A stretch of DNA of 64,000 nucleotides from an uncultured Acidobacteriota bacterium (GTDB lineage: Bacteria > Acidobacteriota > Vicinamibacteria > Fen-336): positions 1,440,001 through 1,504,000 of the forward strand of contig OY970399.1 of assembly GCA_963720545.1 (NCBI GenBank), given 5' to 3'. Positions within the stretch are counted from its first letter, which is position 1. Every line of letters begins with the position of its first letter. Positions 34,635 through 47,914 of the stretch are shown here, piece after piece. Both the position numbers and the translations under genes were made by a program. The notes under the pieces were generated by a model, which had not been told where the DNA came from, searched no databases, and saw only the letters and a list, made by a program, of their open reading frames with translations.

Positions 34635-34781
34635 CGCAAGCGCCTGGGGAACGGCGGGGACGGAAATCGACGGATTGGATGGGGACGGAGAGCCAATCCG
34701 TCGATGGCGAGCGCAAGCGCCTGGGGAACGACAAGAGAGGAAATCGACGGATTGGACGGGGACGGGAGCCAATCCGTCGAT
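34635..34781. repeat. Tandem ~70-bp units, each ending in a 13-bp-stem hairpin
   Basis: CGCAAGCGCCTGGGGAACG...GGAAATCGACGGATTGG...CCAATCCGTCGAT at 34635-34705 and 34712-34781. Confidence 0.9.
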
Positions 34782-35665
34782 TAGCCCGGTTCGTGGGCTC
34801 GCAGCCGCATGGTGTCGGCGCCAGCAATGTACTCGCGCCGCTCCTGCATGCGGCGCACCACCGCGGCGCGATCGCCGAGCGTCGCGGCGCCCACCCCCTG
34901 CACCACGAACGAGGCCGCGCACGAGGCGAACGCCACCGCCTCGGGCAGGTCGTGGCGCTCGACATAGGAGACGAGGAACGCCGCGGCGAACACGTCGCCG
35001 GCGCCGGTCGGGTCGACTTCCGGGCGCGGCTGCGTCGAGAAGCGCTCCTCGCCGTTGCGTGTGAGGAGCGTGACGCCGCGCGCGCCGCGGGTCAACGCCA
35101 CGATCGGCACATGCTGCAACAGCTCGCGGCTGCGCTTCTCCGCGTCCGGCGTGTCGTTCTGCGAGAGGAACAGGATGTCCACTCCTTCGAGGCAGGCGGC
35201 CGCGTTCGTCCAGCGCCGCGGATTGATGCGGCCGTTGGGGTCGGCCTCGCGCAGCCAGCCCTGGGCGATGGCGCCGACGACGCCGGCGCGAAAGCCGCGC
35301 GCGGCGCCGGGCGCCACCTCGTCGATGAGCGGTGCGACCAGGAGCGCCGAGGGCGAGCGCCAGTCGTCGGGCACCGTCGCCAGGTCGATGGCACCGGCGC
35401 TGGCGAGCAGCCACAAGGTGCGGTGGCCGTCGCGCGCGTACTCGTGGCGGAACCTGGTGGTGGCTTCCGCCGGCGCGACGAATGCCGCCACCCCGGGAAG
35501 CTCCTTCTCAGCGACGAAGTCGGCGCCGGCGCGGGTCACGATGCCGGCGTCCCAGCCGAGCGCCTGCGCGGCCAGGCTCGCGTAGGCGACCGAGCCGCCG
35601 AGCACTTCGGTGGCGCTCTGGTCCCGGCGATCCCAGGTGACGGAGCCGATCGTCAGCAGTTTCAA
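34781..35665 (-). CDS. PfkB family carbohydrate kinase
   Basis: GGSVAYA, LTRGARG and VDPTGAGDVFAAAF. Confidence 0.9.
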   Translation of the reverse strand: MKLLTIGSVTWDRRDQSATEVLGGSVAYASLAAQALGWDAGIVTRAGADFVAEKELPGVAAFVAPAEATTRFRHEYARDGHRTLWLLASAGAIDLATVPDDWRSPSALLVAPLIDEVAPGAARGFRAGVVGAIAQGWLREADPNGRINPRRWTNAAACLEGVDILFLSQNDTPDAEKRSRELLQHVPIVALTRGARGVTLLTRNGEERFSTQPRPEVDPTGAGDVFAAAFLVSYVERHDLPEAVAFASCAASFVVQGVGAATLGDRAAVVRRMQERREYIAGADTMRLRAHEPG

Positions 35666-35684
35666 GTTGTGCCCTGGGGATTTG

Positions 35685-37106
<1,422 letters not shown>

Positions 37107-37119
37107 CTCGGGCAGTCTA

Positions 37120-39342
<2,223 letters not shown>

Positions 39343-39427
39343 GGGGTTCAGGGATTTTAGCCATTTGACGCCCTTCGCAGTGGATCGCTACAGTGGCGTA
39401 CACCCCGAAAAGGGGATGGAGGCGCCA

Positions 39428-39907
39428 ATGGTCGCGTTATCGCTCTTCGTCAACGGCCGCAGCCAGGATGTGGACGTCGAGCCCGACACCCCGCTCCTCT
39501 GGGTGCTGCGCGACGCGCTCAACCTGCGCGGCACCAAGTACGGCTGCGGCATCGCGCAGTGCGGCGCCTGCACCGTGCATCTCGACGGCACCGCCGTGCG
39601 CTCCTGCGTCACGCCGGCCTCGTCGGTCGGTGGCCGCAAGATCACGACCATCGAAGGGCTGGCACCCGAGGCGCGCCATCCGCTGCAGCAGGCGTGGGTC
39701 GCCGAGCAGGTGCCGCAATGCGGCTATTGCCAGTCGGGCATGCTGATGAGCGCCGCGACCCTGCTGCGCGCCAAGCCGCGGCCGACCGATGCCGACATCG
39801 ACGGCGCCCTCGGCAGGCACATCTGCCGCTGCGGCACCTACCAGCGGATTCGCAAGGCCATCCACCGCGCGGCCGGCACCGAGACAGCGGAAGGCGGCAA
39901 GTCATGA
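39428..39907 (+). CDS. (2Fe-2S) small subunit of an isoquinoline-1-oxidoreductase-like molybdoenzyme
   Basis: [24 protein letters not shown] and CRCGTY; TTGACG-N18-TACAGT upstream. Confidence 0.92.
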   Translation: MVALSLFVNGRSQDVDVEPDTPLLWVLRDALNLRGTKYGCGIAQCGACTVHLDGTAVRSCVTPASSVGGRKITTIEGLAPEARHPLQQAWVAEQVPQCGYCQSGMLMSAATLLRAKPRPTDADIDGALGRHICRCGTYQRIRKAIHRAAGTETAEGGKS

Positions 39908-42099
39908 CCTCGCGGCGGACTTTCCTGGTGGCCGGCGGCGCCGCCTCGGCCACGGCGCTGGTCGTGGGCTTCAAGCTGTGGCCGACGCTGCGTCACGGCG
40001 TTCCGGCAGGCGGGGCGGCGGCGAAGGCGCGCGTCAACCCGATCGAGGCGTGGCTGCGCATCGATCCCGACGGCGCCGTGAGCATCTATTCGCCCAAGGC
40101 CGAGATGGGACAGGGCGTGATGACGTCGCTGCCTATGATCCTGGCCGAGGAGCTCGACGTGGACTTCGCGAGCGTGCGCGTGGAGCAGGCGCCGACCAAC
40201 CGCGCCCTCTACAACCACGGCACCGGCGGCAGCAACAGCATCCGCGGCAGTTACAAGCCGCTGCGCCAGGCGGGTGCCTCCGCCCGGCAGATGCTGATGG
40301 CCGCGGCGGCGGCGCGCTTCGGCGTGCCCGCAGCCGAGTGCCGCACCGAGAGCGGCAGCGTCATCCACGACGGCTCCGCAAAGCGCGCGCGCTACGGCGA
40401 GCTGGTCGCGGATGCGGCCAAATTGCCGGTTCCCGACCCCGAGACGGTGCCGCTCAAGGACCCGGCGAAGTTCAGGATCATCGGCCAGAGCCTGCCGCGG
40501 TTCGACGTGCCCGCGAAGGTGGACGGCAGCGCCGGGTTCGGCCTCGACGTGCGGGTGCCGGGCATGCTGTACGCGGTGATCGTGCGATGCCCGGTGTTCG
40601 GCGGCAAGCCGAAGAGCTTCGACGCCACCCGCGCGAAGGCGATTCGCGGCGTACGCGAGGTGTTCGAAATTCCGGCGATGAGCGCCGCCAAGTCCGCGGG
40701 CGGCGTGGCGGTGGTGGCCGAGTCCACCTGGGCGGCGATCCGCGCGTCCCGGGCGCTCGATGTCGTCTGGGACCTCGGCCCCGACGCCGCGGAGAGCACC
40801 GACGCGCTGCGCGAGCGCATGCGCGCGACGCTTGGTGCCAGCCAGAAGGCGTACCGCAACGAAGGCGATGCCGACGGCACGCTGGCAAAGGGTGCTGGCG
40901 CGGTGCTCGACGCGGAGTACGAGCTGCCGTTCCTCGCGCACGCCGCCATGGAGCCGCAGAACACCACCGCCCACTTCAAGGATGGTGCCGTCGAGATCCA
41001 TTCGCCGACGCAGGGCGGCAGCTGGACCCAGGACACCGTCTCCGAGGCGCTCGGCATCCCGGTCGAGAGGATCGTGGTCCACACGACCCTCCTCGGCGGA
41101 GGCTTCGGCCGCAAGTCGATCGCCGACGTCGCGGTCGAGGCCGTGCAGGTGTCGCAGAAGGTGGCGGCGCCGGTACAGGTCGTCTGGACGCGCGAGGACG
41201 ACATGCAGCACGACTTCTACCGCCCCGCGTCGCTGCACCGCCTGAAGGGGTCGCTCGACGCCTCGGGCCGGCCCGCGGCGTGGTGGCACCGCATGACCTC
41301 GACCTCGATCAACGCCTGGTTCGAGCCGGGCGGCGACCTCGGCGGCGGCGAAGTGGGCGGCGCCGAGAACCTGCCGTACGCGATCCCGAACCTGCGCTTC
41401 GAGTATGCCGACACCAGGAGCAGCGTGCCGCGCGCCTGGTGGCGCTCGGTCGAACACTCGATCAACGGCTTCGTCGTCGAGAGCTTCATCGACGAGCTGG
41501 CGGCAGCCGCCAAGGCCGACCCGCTCGCGTTCCGGCTCTCGCTGCTCGAAGGCGAACGCGGCATCCCGATGGCTCTCGACAAGGAGACGGTGCTCAGCAC
41601 CAGGCGTCTGCGCTCAGTGCTCGAGCTGGCCGCCGCCAAGGCTGATTGGGGGAAGTCGCTGCCACGGGGTCGCGGCCGCGGCATCGCCGCGCACTTCGCG
41701 TTCGGCTCGTACGTCGCGCAGGTCGCGGAAGTCTCCGTTGCGAACGGCAAGGTGTCGGTGCACCGCGTCGTCTGCGCCGTGGACTGCGGGCGTGTCATCC
41801 ATCCGGACGGCATCGCGCAGCAGGTGGAAAGCGCCATCGCGTACGGCCTTTCAGCCGCCCTCAAGAACGAGATCACGATCGCCGAGGGACGTGTGGTGCA
41901 GGGCAACTTCGGCGACTACAACCCGCTGCGCATCGACGAGATGCCGCACGTCGAGGTGCACCTCGTCGCCAGCGACGAAGTGCCGACCGGCATGGGCGAA
42001 CCCGGCCTGCCGCCGGTCGCCGCCGCCGTCGGCAACGCCGTCTATGCCCTCACCGGCAAGCGCGTCCGCAGGCTCCCGATCCGCCTCGACCAGACGTAA
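39904..42099 (+). CDS. Molybdopterin-binding subunit (IorB-like, xanthine oxidase family) with Tat-like RR motif
   Basis: SRRTFL, EMGQG, TGGS, GGGFGR, WTREDD, WWRSV and GEPGLPP. Confidence 0.92.
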   Translation: MTSRRTFLVAGGAASATALVVGFKLWPTLRHGVPAGGAAAKARVNPIEAWLRIDPDGAVSIYSPKAEMGQGVMTSLPMILAEELDVDFASVRVEQAPTNRALYNHGTGGSNSIRGSYKPLRQAGASARQMLMAAAAARFGVPAAECRTESGSVIHDGSAKRARYGELVADAAKLPVPDPETVPLKDPAKFRIIGQSLPRFDVPAKVDGSAGFGLDVRVPGMLYAVIVRCPVFGGKPKSFDATRAKAIRGVREVFEIPAMSAAKSAGGVAVVAESTWAAIRASRALDVVWDLGPDAAESTDALRERMRATLGASQKAYRNEGDADGTLAKGAGAVLDAEYELPFLAHAAMEPQNTTAHFKDGAVEIHSPTQGGSWTQDTVSEALGIPVERIVVHTTLLGGGFGRKSIADVAVEAVQVSQKVAAPVQVVWTREDDMQHDFYRPASLHRLKGSLDASGRPAAWWHRMTSTSINAWFEPGGDLGGGEVGGAENLPYAIPNLRFEYADTRSSVPRAWWRSVEHSINGFVVESFIDELAAAAKADPLAFRLSLLEGERGIPMALDKETVLSTRRLRSVLELAAAKADWGKSLPRGRGRGIAAHFAFGSYVAQVAEVSVANGKVSVHRVVCAVDCGRVIHPDGIAQQVESAIAYGLSAALKNEITIAEGRVVQGNFGDYNPLRIDEMPHVEVHLVASDEVPTGMGEPGLPPVAAAVGNAVYALTGKRVRRLPIRLDQT

Positions 42100-42151
42100 G
42101 AGAGATCCCTGGGTCGCGCGCAAGCGATGGGCGCCGTCGGGAAAACGAGCG

Positions 42152-42919
42152 CTAAACGGGCAGCTTGCGGGCGAAGCCCGGGAGCGGCAGGCTCGCGACG
42201 CGCGAAATCATCGCGTCGTCGGTGAGGTCGAGCTGCAGCGGCGTCACCGACACCAGGCCCTCGTCGTGCACGGCGTTGCAGTCGCTGCCGGGGATGTCCT
42301 CATGGCTGTAGTCGCTGCCGCCGATCCAGTAGTAGGCGCGGCCGCGCGGGTCCTTCTTCTCCACCACCTCGAGGCCGTACGTGTGCTTGCCAAGCCTGGT
42401 GACCGCATAGCCCTGGAGCGGTCCGGCGGGAATGTTCACGTTCAGCAGGAAGCGCGGCGGCAGCTGCGCCTCGAGCACCGCCGTCACCAGCGCACGCGCG
42501 AACCGCGCACCTTCTGCGAAGTCGAAGCTGCCGCGGGTGGCGAGGCTGAAGGCGACGGCGGGAATGCCGAGGATGCACGCTTCCATCGCCGCCGCGACCG
42601 TGCCGGAGTAGGTGACGTCGTCGGCGATGTTCGGGCCGTGGTTGATTCCCGACACCACGATCGCAGGGGGCTGCGCCTTCAGTATGTGGTTGACGCCGAC
42701 GTAGGCGCAGTCGGTTGGCGTGCCGTCCACTGCGTACCACTGCTTGCGGACCTCGCGAATGCGCAGCGGCCGGTGGATCGAGATCGCGTGCGACGTGGCG
42801 CTTTGCTCCGACTCCGGAGCCACCACCCAGACGTCGCCAAGGCCTTCCATGGCGCCGGCCAGCGCCAGAATCCCGGCCGACGAATGGCCGTCGTCGTTGG
42901 TGACGAGGATGGTGCGCAC
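42152..42919 (-). CDS. surE: 5'/3'-nucleotidase SurE
   Basis: ILVTNDDG, VVAP, GTPTDC, SGINHG and YSGTVAAA; start GTG 42919 or ATG 42928. Confidence 0.96.
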   Translation of the reverse strand: MRTILVTNDDGHSSAGILALAGAMEGLGDVWVVAPESEQSATSHAISIHRPLRIREVRKQWYAVDGTPTDCAYVGVNHILKAQPPAIVVSGINHGPNIADDVTYSGTVAAAMEACILGIPAVAFSLATRGSFDFAEGARFARALVTAVLEAQLPPRFLLNVNIPAGPLQGYAVTRLGKHTYGLEVVEKKDPRGRAYYWIGGSDYSHEDIPGSDCNAVHDEGLVSVTPLQLDLTDDAMISRVASLPLPGFARKLPV

Positions 42920-42925
42920 GCCGTT

Positions 42926-42950
42926 CATTCTAGGCGCTGCGCCTAGAATG
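42926..42950. promoter_or_regulatory. Palindromic bidirectional -10 element
   Basis: CATTCTAGGCGC-T-GCGCCTAGAATG gives TAGAAT on both strands between divergent genes. Confidence 0.65.
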
Positions 42951-42970
42951 GCGGCGGAGCGCGCCGCCAC

Positions 42971-44098
42971 TTGAACCTGATCGTCCTGGCGATTCCGGTT
43001 TTCTTCCTGCTCATCGTCATCGAGTTCGCCGCCACCTGGCGCGCCGAGCGCCGCGCCTATCGGCTCGCCGACGCCGTCAACGACCTGTCGTGCGGCATCC
43101 TGCAGCAGCTCATCGAGCTGTTCCTGAAGACCCTGCTGTTCGGCGGCTACATCTACATCTACGAACGCTGGCGCGTCGCTTCGCTTTCGGCGTCGTCGGC
43201 GGTCGTGTGGGCCGCGTGCCTGGTGGGCGTCGACTTCCTCTACTACTGGTTTCACCGCACGAGCCACGAAGTCGGCGCGGTGTGGGCCACGCACGTGGTG
43301 CATCACCAGAGCGAAGACTTCAACCTGGCCGTGGCCTTGCGCCAGGGCGCTTTCCAGGGCGCCTTCTCGTGGGTGTTCTACCTGCCGCTGGCGCTTCTCG
43401 GCTTCCCGCCGCTCGTGTTCCTCACCGTGTCCTCGGTCAACACGCTCTACCAGTTCTGGATCCACACCGAGACGATCCGTTCGCTGGGCCCGCTCGAACG
43501 GGTCTTCAACACGCCCTCGCATCACCGGGTACACCACGGCCGCAACCCGGAATACATCGACCGCAACCACGCCGGCATGTTCATCGTCTGGGACCGGATG
43601 TTCGGCACCTTCGAGCCGGAGCGCGCGCCGGTCGTCTACGGCATCACGACACCGCTGCGCAGCTGGAATCCCTTGTGGGCGAACGCGCACTACTGGGTCG
43701 AGTTGTGCACTCTCGCGCGCCGCGCCACGACGCCTGGCGACAGGCTGCGCCTCTTCCTGAAGCCGCCCGGATGGCGGCCCGCGTCACTGGGCGGCCCGGT
43801 GGCGGCGCCGGCCGTGGACGCTGGAACCTACGAGAAATTCGATACCCACCTCGCCCGCCCGGCAGCCGCGTACGTGTTGCTGCAATTCCTGGTGCTGCTT
43901 GCCGCCAGCACGTGGGTGCTGTTCCGCCAGCAGGAACTCGGCGGCTTGCGGGTCGCCATGGCCGCTTCGTTCATCGGCTTGAGCCTGGTGGCGCTCGGCT
44001 TCGTCCTCGAAGGGCGCCGCCACGCGACCTCGATCGAGTGTGCGCGGCTTTTGGCGGGCGCGCTGCTCGTCTTGTGGTTCGTCCATTTCTTCCGATAA
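42971..44098 (+). CDS. Sterol desaturase/fatty-acid hydroxylase family protein (alkylglycerol monooxygenase-like)
   Basis: YYWFHRTSH, HVVHHQSE, YQFWIHTE, NTPSHHRVHHG and WDRMFGTF. Confidence 0.9.
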   Translation: MNLIVLAIPVFFLLIVIEFAATWRAERRAYRLADAVNDLSCGILQQLIELFLKTLLFGGYIYIYERWRVASLSASSAVVWAACLVGVDFLYYWFHRTSHEVGAVWATHVVHHQSEDFNLAVALRQGAFQGAFSWVFYLPLALLGFPPLVFLTVSSVNTLYQFWIHTETIRSLGPLERVFNTPSHHRVHHGRNPEYIDRNHAGMFIVWDRMFGTFEPERAPVVYGITTPLRSWNPLWANAHYWVELCTLARRATTPGDRLRLFLKPPGWRPASLGGPVAAPAVDAGTYEKFDTHLARPAAAYVLLQFLVLLAASTWVLFRQQELGGLRVAMAASFIGLSLVALGFVLEGRRHATSIECARLLAGALLVLWFVHFFR

Positions 44099-44141
44099 AA
44101 ATTGACGTGTACCTGGGCGCGCACTCGCAGTATGTTGAGGC

Positions 44142-44597
44142 ATGCGCCGGTTCCAGAGTCTTTCGAGGAACGGCGGAGGAGACAGGCTGCGCCCCGGTCG
44201 GTTGTTCGCGATCGGCGCGGCGCTGGTGTTCGCCTCCTGCGTCGCACGCGAAGAGCGCGTGTCCGGTGCGCCAATTTCAGCAACGCCCGCGCCTCCGGCG
44301 GCAGCCGTTCCTGCGGCAACCCCGGCGCCCGCTCCTGCCGCGCCCGCACCAGCGCCCGATCCCGTGGCAACGCCCGGACCCGCGGCAGCCGCGACCGACG
44401 ACGCTGCGTTCGCCGCGAACATCCAGCCAATCCTGTTCCGCACCTGCGCGCCGTGCCACAAGCCGGGCGGCATCATGTACGAGCGCATGCCGTTCGACGA
44501 CCCGCGCGTCATCCGCGAACACCGCGCGGGCGTGCTGCGGCGGTTGAAGGGGCCCGATCACGACGCGGTCGCCGCGTGGCTCGGCGCCGGCCAGTGA
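44142..44597 (+). CDS. Putative lipoprotein monoheme c-type cytochrome
   Basis: Lipobox-like FASC, Pro/Ala linker, CAPCH heme motif. Confidence 0.65.
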   Translation: MRRFQSLSRNGGGDRLRPGRLFAIGAALVFASCVAREERVSGAPISATPAPPAAAVPAATPAPAPAAPAPAPDPVATPGPAAAATDDAAFAANIQPILFRTCAPCHKPGGIMYERMPFDDPRVIREHRAGVLRRLKGPDHDAVAAWLGAGQ

Positions 44598-44607
44598 CGC
44601 GGTACCG

Positions 44608-45336
44608 CTAGGCCGAGCGCACCTCGAGCGACGAGCGGCGCGCGGCGGCGAAGCGGAAGAATGCCTCGAGCACGGGCCGGCCGTTGCCCGAATCGAGCAC
44701 GGCTTCGGCGGCGCGTTCGGGATGCGGCATCAGCGCCACCACGTTGCGTTCGGCATTGCAGACGCCGGCGATGGCGCGCGCCGAGCCGTTCGGGTTGCCC
44801 GCCTCGATGGCGGAGCCGTCGGCCGCGACGTAGCGAAACACCACCTGCCCGTTCGCTTCCAGCCGGTCGAGCTCGTCGTCGGCCGCGTAGAAGTTGCCCT
44901 CGCCGTGGGCGATCGGAAATGCGTGCAGCGAGCCGTGCGCGAGGCCGTGGGTGGCAGCCGAATCGGTGGTCTCGACGCGCACGTGCACCAGCTGCGACAG
45001 GAACCTGAGGTTGGCGTTTCTCAGCATGGTGCCGGGCACGAGCCCCGCTTCCTGCAGGATCTGGAAGCCGTTGCAGATGCCGAGCACCGGGCCGCCCTGA
45101 GCCGCGAACGCCTGGACGGCGCTCATCACCGGGCTGAAGCGGGCAATGGCGCCGGCGCGCAGGTAGTCGCCATACGAGAACCCGCCGGGCACCAGCACCG
45201 CGTCGACGTCGCCGAGGGTCTCTTCCTTGTGCCAGACGTAGCGCGCGTCGGCGCCGAGCGCCGCGCCGGCTGCGTTGTACGAATCGTGGTCGCCGTTCGA
45301 CCCGGGGAAGACGATGACGCCGACGCGCAGGCTCAC
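44608..45336 (-). CDS. purQ: FGAM synthase subunit PurQ
   Basis: FPGSN, PGGFSYGDYLRAG, GICNGFQ, AHGEG and MPHPER. Confidence 0.97.
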   Translation of the reverse strand: MSLRVGVIVFPGSNGDHDSYNAAGAALGADARYVWHKEETLGDVDAVLVPGGFSYGDYLRAGAIARFSPVMSAVQAFAAQGGPVLGICNGFQILQEAGLVPGTMLRNANLRFLSQLVHVRVETTDSAATHGLAHGSLHAFPIAHGEGNFYAADDELDRLEANGQVVFRYVAADGSAIEAGNPNGSARAIAGVCNAERNVVALMPHPERAAEAVLDSGNGRPVLEAFFRFAAARRSSLEVRSA

Positions 45337-45575
45337 CGGCGGATCTCCACCTCGAACGACTCGATCACCGGGTTCGCGAGCACGCGCCGCGCCACCTCGT
45401 CGAGCGTCGCCTGTGCCTGCCCCTCGTCCACGCCTTCGAGGCTCACGTCGAAGAACTTGCCCTGGCGCACGTCCGCGACGGCTGCATAGCCGAGCGACGC
45501 AAGCGCGTCATGCACCGCCTTGCCCTGCGGATCGAACACCGATTTCTTGAGCGAGACATAGACACGCGCCTTCAT
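45333..45575 (-). CDS. purS: FGAM synthase subunit PurS
   Basis: DPQG, VRQGK and LANPVIE. Confidence 0.96.
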   Translation of the reverse strand: MKARVYVSLKKSVFDPQGKAVHDALASLGYAAVADVRQGKFFDVSLEGVDEGQAQATLDEVARRVLANPVIESFEVEIRR

Positions 45576-46612
45576 GCGCCGGCCTCCGGGGGTGGGATGC
45601 GGGTCGCGATCACGATGCCCGCCGCGACGAAAAGACGATAGACCTGTTCGTGAACGGCATCCAGCGCCAGCGACTGCGCGGCATAGTCGTCGGCCAGGAA
45701 TGAAAGCCGCAGCAAGACGCCGTAGTCACCGAACTGGCGTATGACCGCCACCGGCGGCTGGCGTGTGTCCACGTGCGGCGCCGCCTGCGCCGCCTGCACC
45801 ATCAGCTGGCGCGCGCGCGCCAGGTCGGTGCCGTAGGCGACCGTGACGTCGAGCCTGCTCGCCAGCTGGCGGCCGGGGCGGGTGACGTTCACCACCCGGT
45901 CCTTGACCAGCATGCTGTTCGGCATCACCAGCAGCGTCTCGTCCGTGGTGCGGATACGGGTGGCGCGGATGCCGATGGTCTCGACGTCGCCGACCTCGCC
46001 GCTCGCGAGCTGGATGCGGTCGCCGATGACGAACGGCCGGTCGAGCATCAGCGCGAACCCCGCGAACATGTTGGAGAGCGTGTCCTGCGCGGCCAGGCCG
46101 ATCGCGAGCGAGCCGACGCCGAGCGACACCACCAGCGACTGGGCGTCGAGGCCGAAGTGGTCGAAGGAGATGATCACCGCCACCGCCGCGATGAACAGCT
46201 TGCCGAGCTTGGAGAAAAGCGGCCCGAACTCGCGGGCGATGCCGTCATGCGCGAGCCGCGACTCGCGCGTGTACCACTGCACCAGGATGCCGAAGGCGCG
46301 CCCCAGGCTGACCGCGAGCAGCAGCACTCCCCAGACGAACAGCCCGCCGTCGAGCCGTGACTTCCAGGTTTCGTGTATCGGCAGCCGGTGGATGGCCGTG
46401 TACGCGCCGAGCAGCACCAGCGCCCAGGCGACCGGCGGCCGCAGCGCGCGCACCAGCTTGTCGTCCACCGTGGTGGCGGTCTTCCTGGCGATGCCGCTGA
46501 CGATGCGCTCGAAGACCAGGGTCAGCACGCGCGCCGCCAGCACCGCAGCGGCCAGGATTGCCAGGCTGACGAGAACCTCGAACGCGACCGGATGCTGCTG
46601 CGGCCAGTTCAC
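45572..46612 (-). CDS. MscS family mechanosensitive channel
   Basis: LAIGLAAQDTLSNMFAG, DRPF..GDRI, GDVETIGIRAT and PNS; GTG overlaps the purB stop. Confidence 0.9.
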   Translation of the reverse strand: MNWPQQHPVAFEVLVSLAILAAAVLAARVLTLVFERIVSGIARKTATTVDDKLVRALRPPVAWALVLLGAYTAIHRLPIHETWKSRLDGGLFVWGVLLLAVSLGRAFGILVQWYTRESRLAHDGIAREFGPLFSKLGKLFIAAVAVIISFDHFGLDAQSLVVSLGVGSLAIGLAAQDTLSNMFAGFALMLDRPFVIGDRIQLASGEVGDVETIGIRATRIRTTDETLLVMPNSMLVKDRVVNVTRPGRQLASRLDVTVAYGTDLARARQLMVQAAQAAPHVDTRQPPVAVIRQFGDYGVLLRLSFLADDYAAQSLALDAVHEQVYRLFVAAGIVIATRIPPPEAGA

Positions 46613-47901
46613 CGGAACACGCGCGCGAACAGCACGTCGACGTGCTTCAGGTAGCGGTCGAGGCGGAACACGTCGGCGAGCTCCTCCGCCGACATCACCG
46701 CGCGCACCTGCGCGTCGCCGGCAACCGCCGCGCGGAAGTCGCCGTCCTGCTTCCAGGCGGTCATCGCGTGGTTCTGCACGATCTTGTAGGCGTCTTCGCG
46801 CTTCAGGCCGCGCGCGGTCAGCTCGAGCAGCAGCTGGCCCGAGAACATCAGCCCCTGCGTCGACTCGAGGTTTTTCAGCATGCGCTGCTGGTCCACGGTC
46901 ATGCCGCGCACGATCTCGGTGAAGCGCCGCAGCATGTGGTCGAGCGCCAGGAAGCTGTCGGGGATGATGATCCGCTCCACCGACGAGTGCGAGATGTCGC
47001 GCTCGTGCCACAGCGCCACGTTCTCGAGCGCCGCGAGCGCGTTGCTGCGCACCAGGCGTGCGAGCCCGGCGATCTGCTCGCAGCCGACCGGGTTGCGCTT
47101 GTGCGGCATCGCCGAGCTGCCCTTCTGCTTGCTGCCGAACGGCTCCTCGACCTCGCGCACCTCGGTCTTCTGCAGCGCGCGAATCTCGGTCGCGAACTTC
47201 TCGAGGCTGGCCGCGGTGAGCGCCAGCGCCATCATCACTTCGGCGTGGCGGTCGCGCTGCAGGATCTGCGAGGCGATCGGCGCGAAGGTGAGGCCGAGCT
47301 TCGCGCACACCTCCTCCTCGACGTCCGGCGCCAGGTGCGAGAAGGTGCCGACGGCGCCCGAGAGCTTGCCGAAGGCGATGTTCTCGCGGGCGCGCACCAC
47401 GCGCGCCAGGTCGCGGTTGATCTCGGCGTACCAGAGCGCCAGCTTCAAGCCGAAGGTCATCGGCTCGGCGTGGATGCCGTGGGTGCGGCCGATCATCGGC
47501 GTGTCCTTGAACTCGAACGCGCGCGCCTTGACCGCCTCGACCAGGTTGCGCAGGTCGGTGAGGATGATGTCGCAGGCGTCGCGCATCATCATGGCGAGCG
47601 CAGTGTCGACCACGTCCGACGAGGTCAGGCCGTAGTGGACGTAGCGGCCCTCGGGACCGATGTTCTCGGCGACGTTGGTGACGAAGGCGATGACGTCGTG
47701 CTGCACCTCCTTCTCGATCTCGTCGATGCGCGCGACGTCGAAGCGCGCCTTCTCGCGGATCGCGACCAGCGCCTCGCGCGGCACGATGCCGCGGCTGGTG
47801 AGCACGTCGGTGGCGGCGATCTCGACCTTGAGCCAGGTCGCGTAGCGGTTTTCGTCGGACCAGATGCCGGCCATTTCGGGGCGCGAGTAGCGGGGAATCA
47901 T
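46609..47901 (-). CDS. purB: Adenylosuccinate lyase
   Basis: HDVIAF, HYGLTSSD, GRTHGIHAEP, GSSAMPHKRNP and WHERDISHSS. Confidence 0.98.
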   Translation of the reverse strand: MIPRYSRPEMAGIWSDENRYATWLKVEIAATDVLTSRGIVPREALVAIREKARFDVARIDEIEKEVQHDVIAFVTNVAENIGPEGRYVHYGLTSSDVVDTALAMMMRDACDIILTDLRNLVEAVKARAFEFKDTPMIGRTHGIHAEPMTFGLKLALWYAEINRDLARVVRARENIAFGKLSGAVGTFSHLAPDVEEEVCAKLGLTFAPIASQILQRDRHAEVMMALALTAASLEKFATEIRALQKTEVREVEEPFGSKQKGSSAMPHKRNPVGCEQIAGLARLVRSNALAALENVALWHERDISHSSVERIIIPDSFLALDHMLRRFTEIVRGMTVDQQRMLKNLESTQGLMFSGQLLLELTARGLKREDAYKIVQNHAMTAWKQDGDFRAAVAGDAQVRAVMSAEELADVFRLDRYLKHVDVLFARVFR

Positions 47902-47914
47902 CGCGGCGATTCTC

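Noticed and set aside
34322..34781. CRISPR array
   Set aside because: Only two copies per repeat, spacers of about 6 nt, and no cas genes in the window.
34390..34965. Protein-coding ORFs across the repeat region
   Set aside because: The translations mirror the DNA repeats and have no recognisable motifs or initiation signals.
39343..44607. Mobile element or genomic island
   Set aside because: No integrase or transposase, no terminal repeats and no evident compositional shift.
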